A DNA stretch of 32,000 nucleotides from Patescibacteria group bacterium. GTDB lineage: Bacteria > Patescibacteriota > UBA1384 > XYA2-FULL-43-10. The first letter of the stretch is position 1; every line of letters starts with the position of its first letter. Under the pieces are notes generated by a model. That model was not told the origin of the DNA, did not search any database, and saw nothing but the letters and a program-made list of their open reading frames with translations. Below, one piece after another: positions 23,658-30,908 of the stretch. Made by a program: the position numbers and the translations under genes. The stretch is taken from positions 60,001 to 92,000 of the forward strand of contig JBAYVT010000003.1 of NCBI GenBank assembly GCA_041674405.1. The letters are read 5' to 3'.

Positions 23658-24371
23658 TTATTGCGCTCCCAAGCTCGCAAGCAACACTTTTGGATCAACC
23701 CAGTTTGAGAGATCAGACTTTGTCGGAACGTAGCCGCGGACATCAATCCCCGACTCCTTGTGCAGCCCGAAATGCAAATGCTTTCGGACGTTTCCATTGG
23801 TATTCGAGCATTGCGCACCAAGCTCGGCTAAATTTTCTCCAGCCACAACGCGATCTCCAACCTTAACAGCCGTAGTTGATAGATTGACGTGGCCATAATA
23901 CGCAGTATAGATACTTCCGCCTAAGTTATACTCGATAACGATTAGGCCGCCATAACCGGTGACTGAGCTTGTCTCACGCACCGTGCCATCGGCAATTGAT
24001 TTTGCAATAACCGGTAAATTTAGTTCGTTTGGAAAAATCTCGAGATCATCGGCAGTGTGATAGCCGACATAATATGTTGCATTAGGACAAACTTTTTTAT
24101 CCGGATTTGTGGTTCCTCCCGGCGGATAATACACACCGAAATCATTTGCCATGATACGTGCAGCAAAATTATCGAGAGGATAAACCAAAGTTGGCACCGA
24201 TTCAGTTTGTGAAATTGGGTTCTGGCTTGAAGAGCCTGAAGGCGCTGGATTTGTTGTTGTGTCTGTCGACTGAGAAATTTTAGCCTTCCTGTTCTTCAAA
24301 AGATAAAAACCACCACCGGCGGCAGCAAGTATTATCGCTCCAATAATGAGTAGTGGAAGGATTTTTTTCAT
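23658..24371 (-). CDS. M23-family (LytM-type) peptidoglycan metalloendopeptidase, membrane anchored
   Basis: N-terminal TM helix, HxxxD (GYHTADD) and HxH (KHLHFGLH). Confidence 0.85.
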   Translation of the reverse strand: MKKILPLLIIGAIILAAAGGGFYLLKNRKAKISQSTDTTTNPAPSGSSSQNPISQTESVPTLVYPLDNFAARIMANDFGVYYPPGGTTNPDKKVCPNATYYVGYHTADDLEIFPNELNLPVIAKSIADGTVRETSSVTGYGGLIVIEYNLGGSIYTAYYGHVNLSTTAVKVGDRVVAGENLAELGAQCSNTNGNVRKHLHFGLHKESGIDVRGYVPTKSDLSNWVDPKVLLASLGAQ

Positions 24372-24400
24372 CAGGATTTTTTAGCGATATCAACAGAAAG

Positions 24401-25096
24401 TTATTTTAGCGAGCTATCGCCATCATTAAACCCAAACTCGATGTGCGAGCGGTCGCAGAATGGCTTGTTCTTGGATTTGCCGCAGCGGCAAAGGGTGACG
24501 CGGTTGCGGACTTCGTAGGTTTCACCATTTGCAGATTCTACTGGAATTTCCCCTTTCACCCAAAGTGGACCGGAAATTTTCATGTCTGGATCTTCAATAA
24601 TGCCAATAGACTTTTCAAGCTTTGGTTCAATAATTTTTCCCGTTTTCTTGTCGCGCACAACGAGACGGCCAGACGGGCAATCGCAGCATTCTTCTATAAG
24701 CATTTTTTTGGAATCTGGGTCAGATGATTCTCCTACTAGATTCCAGGCAGTATCTCCGCGATCGCAAAATCTGCCCGAGGCGCAGATTTTGCTCTCATCA
24801 TACATAACTGCATCCGGACCATCCAAAACTTCGGCCTTGTCAAAAAAATTCTCAAATTCTGCTGTTTCTGTGCAATCAACACCAGCTGTCATATGTGTTT
24901 TATCACAATATGGCTTACTCTTAGATTTCCCGCAACGGCAGAGGTGATAATGTTCACTCTTGGGAAATTTTTCGCCGTCTTTCCACCTCTCCGAAATCCC
25001 ATTGCCATCGCCGACAATTATTTGCCTCTGAAGCGGAACATTCCCGGTCACTTCGTAAGGCCCATCTTTAATAATTTTAATCCTCTTCTTTGACAT
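24401..25096 (-). CDS. iron-sulfur protein with two CDGSH-type motifs flanking a Cys-rich central segment
   Basis: CRCGKSKSKPYCDKTH and CRCGKSKNKPFCDRSH fit CxCx2Sx3PxCDx[ST]H. The central segment reads CASGRFC...CCDC. GAGG SD is present. Confidence 0.8.
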   Translation of the reverse strand: MSKKRIKIIKDGPYEVTGNVPLQRQIIVGDGNGISERWKDGEKFPKSEHYHLCRCGKSKSKPYCDKTHMTAGVDCTETAEFENFFDKAEVLDGPDAVMYDESKICASGRFCDRGDTAWNLVGESSDPDSKKMLIEECCDCPSGRLVVRDKKTGKIIEPKLEKSIGIIEDPDMKISGPLWVKGEIPVESANGETYEVRNRVTLCRCGKSKNKPFCDRSHIEFGFNDGDSSLK

Positions 25097-25329
25097 TTTC
25101 GCCTCGACTTTATGATCTTTATGAACTTTAACTACATAGAATTATATCAGCTATCACCAAGTTATTATTGTAGAAGTTAACAAAAGAAGCTCTTGTATTC
25201 AATCATAATGAATCTGAGATGAAAGAATCCGGCGAGATGATGGAGAAAATGGATAAAGACATGGATAGTAAGGACATGTCTTCGGGTGAGATGTAATTAC
25301 AACGCTTCTTTTTGGCTCAAAGCTTAAGC

Positions 25330-25367
25330 AAAAAAGGGCGGTGAGAAACCAGTCTACAGCTTCTCAC
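25330..25367 (-). terminator. intrinsic terminator of the aminotransferase gene
   Basis: GTGAGAA (25341-25347) pairs with TTCTCAC (25361-25367). In the minus sense it is followed by CGCCCTTTTTTGC. Confidence 0.5.
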
Positions 25368-25388
25368 TCGATCCCCCCTACTTCTTGA

Positions 25389-26564
25389 TTACCCCGCCTT
25401 CATGGCGCGGGCGATCCGGTCCAATCCCTCCTCGATCTCCAGATCGTTGTACGTAAGGCTCATCCGGAAGTAGCCTTCCCCGCCCGCGCCGAACGCCGAG
25501 CCCGGGGTGAGGACGACGTGCGCCGTTTCCACCAGATGCTCACAGAACTCCGCACTGGTCGAGAACCCATCCGGGATCGGCGCCCAGATGTAAGGAGTCG
25601 CCTGAGGCGGTTCGATGCTCCAGCCCAGCGAGTTCAAGGTACCGACGACGAGGTCCCGGCGCTGGCCATAGACGAAACAGATGTCCTCGCAGGCCCGCCG
25701 ATATTCTTTGAGCACCCGGGCACCGGCGAACTGGATGAAACGAGGGGTCCCATTGTCGGTGTTGCCCTTGTAGCGCTTCAGGTACGACAACACCTCTGGG
25801 TTGCCGACGGCCGCGCCGATCCGCCACCCGGTCATGTTAAACCACTTGCTGTGAGAGATGATCTCCACAGCGACCTCAGACGCCCCTAGTACCTCCAGGA
25901 TGCTCGGCTGCCGGATGTTGCCCAGATTCACCAGGCTGTAGGCGGCGTCGTGGACGACAAGGAGCTTGTGCTCCTTTGCGAATTCGACGGCCTCAGCGAA
26001 GAAGTCGAGGCCAGCCACCGCAGTGGTGGGGTTGTTGGGGTAGTTGAGCCAGAGGATCTTCGCTTTCTGGCAAATCACCCCCTCGATACTACCCAGGTCG
26101 GGGAGCCAGTACGGCGGCTCGAGCTTCATGTGGTAGGTGTTCGCCCCGAACATGTGCTGGGCGATCTCGTAGGTAGGGTATCCGGGGTCAGGCACAATCC
26201 CGAGATCCAGCGGATTCAGGAAGGCCCCAGCGAGCTGGACGATCGCCTCTTTGGACCCACTCGTCCGCAAGATCTGGTTGTCCTCGAGCGTGACGCCGAA
26301 GTAGCTCTGGTAGAACCGGCACACCTCGGAGTCGAAGTCCGTGACAGGCATGTCATCCCCGTAGCGAAACCGATCGGGATCCGTGACATCGTTGGCGGCA
26401 CGGACCATCTCATCCACAGCACAAAGCGGAGTGGGCATGTCGGGGTCGCCGATTCCGAACGAGACGACATGGACACCGCTCGCCTTGAGAGTGTTGATCT
26501 TCTCCCGCAGCGAGGCAAACGGATATGGCGGCAATGATGCGAGACGGCCTGAAGGCTCAAGCAT
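25389..26564 (-). CDS. class I/II PLP-dependent aminotransferase, LL-diaminopimelate aminotransferase (DapL)-like
   Basis: 391 aa. YPNNPT, the PLP-lysine context SHSKWFNMTGWRIG, and the terminal FRMS motif. AGGAGGAG SD is present. Confidence 0.85.
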   Translation of the reverse strand: MLEPSGRLASLPPYPFASLREKINTLKASGVHVVSFGIGDPDMPTPLCAVDEMVRAANDVTDPDRFRYGDDMPVTDFDSEVCRFYQSYFGVTLEDNQILRTSGSKEAIVQLAGAFLNPLDLGIVPDPGYPTYEIAQHMFGANTYHMKLEPPYWLPDLGSIEGVICQKAKILWLNYPNNPTTAVAGLDFFAEAVEFAKEHKLLVVHDAAYSLVNLGNIRQPSILEVLGASEVAVEIISHSKWFNMTGWRIGAAVGNPEVLSYLKRYKGNTDNGTPRFIQFAGARVLKEYRRACEDICFVYGQRRDLVVGTLNSLGWSIEPPQATPYIWAPIPDGFSTSAEFCEHLVETAHVVLTPGSAFGAGGEGYFRMSLTYNDLEIEEGLDRIARAMKAG

Positions 26565-26722
26565 GAACGAAACTCCTCCTGGAATGTGATATGCGTCCCG
26601 AGCGAGATAAAATTAACACATTTTATCATTTTTGTCTAGTCAAATAGCAGCATGATTTGTGAATTTCAATACCAAGCGATCTTTACAGAACGCTTCATTT
26701 TTGCTAAAATTCTTGTGTGTTT

Positions 26723-26802
26723 GAGAGTTATTCCCTCCGTCTCCAGCTTGCTGGAGCCGAGAGTTACCCGATAGCTCCCGTCTCCAAGCAAAACTTGGAG
26801 CC
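26723..26802 (+). repeat. two imperfect tandem units, each GAGAGTTA..CCGTCTCC-hairpin-GGAGCC
   Basis: Unit 1 is 26723-26758 (hairpin CTCCAG-cttg-CTGGAG). Unit 2 is 26759-26802 (hairpin CTCCAAG-caaaa-CTTGGAG). Unit 2 carries the tRNA-derived CCCGATAGCTC. Confidence 0.75.
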
Positions 26803-26823
26803 GAGGTCTCGGCTTGATATAAT
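26795..26823 (+). promoter_or_regulatory. putative promoter TTGGAG-17nt-TATAAT, 11 nt upstream of the GIY-YIG ATG
   Basis: Hexamers are at 26795-26800 and 26818-26823 with a 17-nt spacer. There is no SD before the ATG at 26835. Confidence 0.5.
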
Positions 26824-26834
26824 CAAGACGGACA

Positions 26835-27092
26835 ATGGCAGACCATTTTATTTACATTTTAGTAAGTAAAAACGCCCCCAAAACTTATATAGGTGTAACA
26901 TCAGATATCGAAAAGAGAATATCTGAACACAATTCTGGCTCAAATGCTTACACCAGAAAATATAAGCCTTGGAAGCTTTTTTATTCCGAAAAATTTGATG
27001 ATAGATCAGTGGCATTAAAAAGAGAAATTTATCTGAAATCGCACGCAGGGCGGAACTTCATAAAAAAGCTTTTTCAAAATATTCCCCGATAG
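26835..27092 (+). CDS. small stand-alone GIY-YIG nuclease-family protein (UPF0213/YhbQ-like)
   Basis: 85 aa. FIYILVS..KTYIGVTSDIEKRISEHN..KREIYLK supplies the GIY and YIG elements, the conserved Arg and the Glu. The stop TAG (27090-27092) lies inside tRNA-Asn. Confidence 0.85.
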   Translation: MADHFIYILVSKNAPKTYIGVTSDIEKRISEHNSGSNAYTRKYKPWKLFYSEKFDDRSVALKREIYLKSHAGRNFIKKLFQNIPR

Positions 27093-27157
27093 CTCAATGG
27101 CAGAGCGCTTCGCTGTTAACGAAGATGTTGCTGGTTCGAGTCCAGCTCGGGGAGCCA
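27083..27157 (+). tRNA. tRNA-Asn (anticodon GTT), CCA encoded
   Basis: Hand-folded cloverleaf. Acceptor TCCCCGA/TCGGGGA. D arm GCTC-aatggca-GAGC. Anticodon arm CTTCG-CTGTTAA-CGAAG. Variable loop ATGTT. T arm GCTGG-TTCGAGT-CCAGC. Discriminator G, then CCA. Total 75 nt. Confidence 0.9.
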
Positions 27158-27193
27158 AGAAAAAAGATTGATTGTGTAATCAGTCTTTTTTCT
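27158..27193 (+). terminator. long AT-rich hairpin immediately after the tRNA
   Basis: AGAAAAAAGATTGATT-gtgt-AATCAGTCTTTTTTCT forms 16 bp with 1 mismatch. Confidence 0.5.
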
Positions 27194-27284
27194 TTGTTCA
27201 GTAGAATGGACTCGAACCAAGGATGGGGTCGGGAAACATGGGTTTCCCGCTGAGGAAAATACTAAAAACCGAGGGTTTTTAGAG

Positions 27285-27322
27285 TGGTTCATATGTCCAG
27301 CTCGGGGGGCCAAAGAAAAATG
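27285..27322 (+). pseudogene. duplicated 3' fragment of tRNA-Asn (T-arm remnant + acceptor 3' strand + CCA + trailer)
   Basis: CCAGCTCGGGGGGCCA (27297-27312) matches tRNA positions 27142-27157 at 15 of 16 bases. The TGGTTC prefix and the A-rich trailer (AAGAAAAA) are also shared. No matching 5' acceptor strand is present. Confidence 0.6.
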
Positions 27323-27328
27323 ACACTT

Positions 27329-28129
27329 TTATGATTTTGATCCTTGAAATGTCCCACTGCAGCGTCCCGAGCTCCAGGTGCCGGAGACTTTGCTACCGGA
27401 AAAAGTCATATTTACGACTGTTGGGGTGGAGCCAGCGCTAAGCGTCTCAGCCGCCTTACCATTCGAATCGATTTTTGCATTGCCGCCCCAAGGATTTTGA
27501 ACCTCGCCGCCAGTGACATAGAAGGCTGTCAGCTCGACTGACGAGTCACAATTCGGCTTTTGCATTGTAGTTTGGTAATAACCGTCCCAGTTGTTGCTGA
27601 TTGGCCCGCCAGGCAAGTCGGTCGTTACATTGGTGACAGTGTGGTGAATGTACGGCCAGATAAAGACAAAAAAGACGACGACTAAAATTATGAACATAGC
27701 AGCGACTGCACAGCCACTAGCAGCTGTCTGCTTCTTTGCAGCCGGCGGAGACATTTCTGCGGCAGAATTCTCTTCTTTTTTGTTAGATTCTTTCATCTTG
27801 AGATTCTTTTTGTTCTGTTTCACTAAGGCCCAGATTCCAAGGATAAAAATTGCCAAGCACAACAAGGTTATTCCGAGAACTAATTCGGTAGCATTTTTAG
27901 TTTTATTGCCAGTGAAAAAATAGGCGGTTGTCCCGCTCAGGGCCAAAAAAGAAATGATGATCAAAAAAATTAAAAGGCAGGAAAGACAACCTGTGTTTTT
28001 CGCCGGAGGAGCAACCGGTTTAATGTCCTTGTCTTTATTATCACCAGGGACGTCGCCAATCAGATTGCCGCATTTTGGGCAGAACTTATCTTTCGCCTCG
28101 ACTTTCTCGCCGCATTTAGAACAAAACAT
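27329..28129 (-). CDS. hypothetical membrane protein: cytoplasmic zinc-ribbon, 3 TM, extracytoplasmic C-terminal domain
   Basis: MFCSKCGEKVEAKDKFCPKCGNLI. I prefer ATG 28129 because GGAGGGGG is directly upstream. The ORF track starts at 28180. Confidence 0.65.
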   Translation of the reverse strand: MFCSKCGEKVEAKDKFCPKCGNLIGDVPGDNKDKDIKPVAPPAKNTGCLSCLLIFLIIISFLALSGTTAYFFTGNKTKNATELVLGITLLCLAIFILGIWALVKQNKKNLKMKESNKKEENSAAEMSPPAAKKQTAASGCAVAAMFIILVVVFFVFIWPYIHHTVTNVTTDLPGGPISNNWDGYYQTTMQKPNCDSSVELTAFYVTGGEVQNPWGGNAKIDSNGKAAETLSAGSTPTVVNMTFSGSKVSGTWSSGRCSGTFQGSKS

Positions 28130-28230
28130 TCCCCCTCCGAAATTTTTAGGTGATCTGACAACATCACAATTATACCACAAGTTGCGGAAACTTATGTTTT
28201 GCTGCCTTATTATAGATCAATTTCAAATTC

Positions 28231-29460
28231 TTACTTTAGGCTTTCTGATGCTGCGGTGATCAGATCGGAAATAAGTTTTTCTCCGGTTGTCTGGCCGCGA
28301 TTCGCCTGCATCGCCGCCCAATCAGCATTCAGAGTTTCATCGCCCATCGCTGTAATCAGCGCTCCGGCACGATCAAAATTATTTTTCTCGCGATTATGCT
28401 CGCCAAAAATCAGCGACATTGCCTCAAGTTTGTTGGCAACGCCGGTCATCTTCTCATCTTTGGACGCAAGGCTTTTTTCAAGATCGGCTTGCGCCATTAC
28501 AAGATTATTTTCTGCATTCTTTTTGTCATTGGTTAAATTTCTATTTAGGATAAATAGCCAGGCGGAGACTGCGATGAAAATTAACATTAGAGATGCGGCT
28601 ATCATGCCAAAAGCTCCAATGCCGGATTTTTTTCGTAAGTATAATAACCAGTATAAAAATAAGGCGATAAGAATGAGCAGAACCGCTCCGGCAATATAAT
28701 ATATAAGATATGGGTTTTCGGAAGCTGAATTATTCCCCACATTTGCCGTGGTAGTTTCGACACCTGTTTGACTGCTGTCGTCTGTCGCGGTCGTCGCTGC
28801 CGTCGATGCAGCGCCATTGTTTTGTGATGTGCCAGAAGCTGAATTTGCCGATTGTCCGCTTCCACTCGGAGCAGCCTGGCTTCCGGTTCCTGAAGAACCG
28901 CTGCTACCTGTTGTGTCTCCGCCATTTGCGATATTCTCTGTAAAATTTACGGTTACTGAAAGAGTCAATGACGGCGCACCGGGAAGCAATGAACTTGCTG
29001 TGTAGGTGACAATTTTTTCTCCCGGGGTTGATGACTTCAGAGTGAACTCTCCTGTCCCAGAAATTAGATTGTAGTCCGGCAGGATTCCACCGCTGCCGCC
29101 CAATGGGTTTGGAGACACATTGTTGCCCGAACCGGAAATCGAAAGGGTCATTTTATTTGAATAAGCCGCTGCTCGGCATAGCTGGCCATCGTCAGTATCA
29201 ACCGTTGCCGGCAATGGAGTCTGCGGCGATGCCCCATCACTACAGTCAATCTCAAAAGGAGTTTTCTGGGTATAGTAAGCGCCATACCAAAAATTAATCG
29301 TGTCGCTTCCATCTGCAACTGCCGTAGTTTTGTTGTAGGTAAGTGTGATTTTTGTAGCATCGACTGAGCTCACAGTTTCCATTGCCGACACTTGGTTTAC
29401 AATTAGAAACGGCAAACAGAAAGTTGCAAATAATGCTCCTAAAACTAGAACTTTTTTCAT
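28231..29460 (-). CDS. hypothetical surface protein: signal peptide, Ig-like region, G/S/T-rich linker, 2 TM, helical cytoplasmic tail
   Basis: Signal peptide MKKVLVLGALFATFCLPFLIVNQVSA. ITLTYNKTTAVADGSDTINF resembles an invasin-type Ig fold. TM helices lie at about residues 270-320. GGAGGGAGG SD is present. Confidence 0.65.
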   Translation of the reverse strand: MKKVLVLGALFATFCLPFLIVNQVSAMETVSSVDATKITLTYNKTTAVADGSDTINFWYGAYYTQKTPFEIDCSDGASPQTPLPATVDTDDGQLCRAAAYSNKMTLSISGSGNNVSPNPLGGSGGILPDYNLISGTGEFTLKSSTPGEKIVTYTASSLLPGAPSLTLSVTVNFTENIANGGDTTGSSGSSGTGSQAAPSGSGQSANSASGTSQNNGAASTAATTATDDSSQTGVETTTANVGNNSASENPYLIYYIAGAVLLILIALFLYWLLYLRKKSGIGAFGMIAASLMLIFIAVSAWLFILNRNLTNDKKNAENNLVMAQADLEKSLASKDEKMTGVANKLEAMSLIFGEHNREKNNFDRAGALITAMGDETLNADWAAMQANRGQTTGEKLISDLITAASESLK

Positions 29461-29518
29461 ATTTCCTCCCTCCTTGTTCGATTTACATTGGTGCGTCTAA
29501 TCCTCCGAGCTGGTAATA

Positions 29519-30883
29519 TTAGCTCTGGCTTTTCGGCGGTGTTGGAGGCGCAGGTGCTGGCCCGACATTTGCTGCAGTCGGAGTTGGCGGTACGGCCGTC
29601 GGTTTCTTTTTCCTCGTAGCAAGAATAATGATCAATATCAATATTATTAAGATAATTGCGCCACCGATGATTCCCGCCCACAACCAGTTCATCACCCATC
29701 CTGATTTTACTGAAATTTTGTTTGATCCGACTGCCGTTGTGAATGTCAGTTGTTTGAATCCCTTGGTCACTATAAGCTCGTTAGAGACAAACTTCTTTGT
29801 TTTGTAACCAATTCCCTCCATCGCCGCCTTGATTGCAGTCAGATCGTTGTCAGCTACATTCCTGCCAAGAATATAGATTAGTGTGCGTCCCTTCTGGGAA
29901 GCGATTTTAGCCTTGTCATCATAGACCTTCTTTATTACAGGAGTTACGACAGCATCAGTATTAGCTCCTTCGCCGGTTGGGACTACTGGAACGACATCGG
30001 GATAGCTGGTACCACCCCCGCCGACATCGCCTCCTGTACCTCCGGCGCCAGCGGTTGCGCTAATAACCATGTTGTATTCCGAAGCCGCAGTTTCACAGCC
30101 TGAATTAATATCACAGTTGATGCCAACATAGACTACTTGATCAGACGAAAGATCAACGCTGACTGTCTTAATTTCGCCAGCGTTTCCTGCCATTTCATAT
30201 CCAAGTTCCGTGCGATTGCTGTCAAAAACTTTTACTGTCGGCACAGCCTTGGTATCCGGAGTAAGCTTGACAGAAAAAGGTCCCGCCTTGGCAGAAACAG
30301 CATAATAATCGTCGGTATCGACAGACGAATAGTATCCTGTGTAAGTCCCCGGATTAAGAGACATGGCTGATGTGATTGCTTGACCGGCGTCAGTGGTCGA
30401 TCCGGCGTCGAAGCGGTCGGTTAGGGAAACTTCAAACGTGCCTGATTCCGTTCCCCAGGTGTCATCGGAAAGGCGGATGTAGAAAGTATGTGTGCTCTTG
30501 GTAGAATTGGCGAGTGCAGCGACTGTGATCGGAGCAGGGGCGTCTTCAAATTCCGAGACCATTGACTCTTTATCATCGGAAAATAACTCGATTGTATTCA
30601 GTGTTCCATACTGCGCATTTTCAGTCAGAACTTTGAATGTTCCAGTGACCTTCAGCTCCTGTCCGGCTTTAACGCTAATTGAGTAAAAATGTTTTTCGTT
30701 CTCCACCAGTCTACCGACGGTGTAGCTGCCGGCAGCAATTCCAACCGCGGTATCAATCGTACTGCCGCCGCTTGGCAAACTTGCGGCTTGAACCTTGGAA
30801 AAAGGAATGAAGATAGTCATTAAGGATAAAACCAAAAGAGATGCACAAATTTTGCCAAAGAATTGCGCAGTGTTTTTTATCAT
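29519..30883 (-). CDS. hypothetical surface protein with two PPC (pre-peptidase C-terminal)-like beta-sandwich domains, Gly-rich linker, TM and Pro-rich tail
   Basis: Signal peptide present. GSYTVGRLVENEKHFYSISVKAGQELKV and GTYTGYYSSVDTDDYYAVSAKAGPFSVKL follow the D-x-D-x-Y..AG pattern of PPC domains. The C-terminal TM is followed by ATRKKKPTAVPPTP. GGAGGG SD is present. Confidence 0.65.
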   Translation of the reverse strand: MIKNTAQFFGKICASLLVLSLMTIFIPFSKVQAASLPSGGSTIDTAVGIAAGSYTVGRLVENEKHFYSISVKAGQELKVTGTFKVLTENAQYGTLNTIELFSDDKESMVSEFEDAPAPITVAALANSTKSTHTFYIRLSDDTWGTESGTFEVSLTDRFDAGSTTDAGQAITSAMSLNPGTYTGYYSSVDTDDYYAVSAKAGPFSVKLTPDTKAVPTVKVFDSNRTELGYEMAGNAGEIKTVSVDLSSDQVVYVGINCDINSGCETAASEYNMVISATAGAGGTGGDVGGGGTSYPDVVPVVPTGEGANTDAVVTPVIKKVYDDKAKIASQKGRTLIYILGRNVADNDLTAIKAAMEGIGYKTKKFVSNELIVTKGFKQLTFTTAVGSNKISVKSGWVMNWLWAGIIGGAIILIILILIIILATRKKKPTAVPPTPTAANVGPAPAPPTPPKSQS

Positions 30884-30908
30884 TTTCCCTCCTTAAAAAT
30901 TATTTAAC

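Larger units (their letters stand above)
25330..26606. other. GC-rich compositional island 3 (about 1.3 kb, one gene plus terminator)
   Basis: Hand count: line 25381-25440 is 62% GC and flanking line 25141-25200 is 28%. Confidence 0.8.

Noticed and set aside
25219-25296. A Met-rich 25-codon ORF (MKESGEMMEKMDKDMDSKDMSSGEM, 7 Met), which could be a leader peptide or a Cu-binding peptide.
   Set aside because: It has no SD or recognisable promoter. It is not followed by a plus-strand gene and runs into the island-3 terminator. ATG-rich purine stretches arise easily by chance. It is worth a look only if Ribo-seq data exist.
25518-26589. Plus-strand ORFs (123, 195 and 68 aa) and alternative minus-frame ORFs (95 and 137 aa) within the aminotransferase island.
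   Set aside because: High GC suppresses stop codons in all frames. The 391-aa frame carries the full aminotransferase motif set, and the others are Arg/Pro/Gly-rich shadows.
26767-27157. A group I intron with a GIY-YIG homing endonuclease interrupting a tRNA.
   Set aside because: A complete, uninterrupted tRNA-Asn follows the ORF. The upstream tRNA-like piece is only 11 nt and ends in the D stem, not the anticodon loop. I recognised no P/Q/R/S-type intron core.
27197-27230. A possible minus-strand tRNA, suggested by GGTTCGAGTCC on the minus strand.
   Set aside because: The T stem would have only 3 of 5 pairs, and I could find no complementary acceptor 5' strand, D arm or anticodon arm. I treat it as an inverted tRNA fragment.
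28199-28699. A 166-aa plus-strand ORF antisense to the 409-aa surface protein gene.
   Set aside because: It is a shadow ORF with no SD. The minus-strand gene has a signal peptide, an SD and a domain structure.
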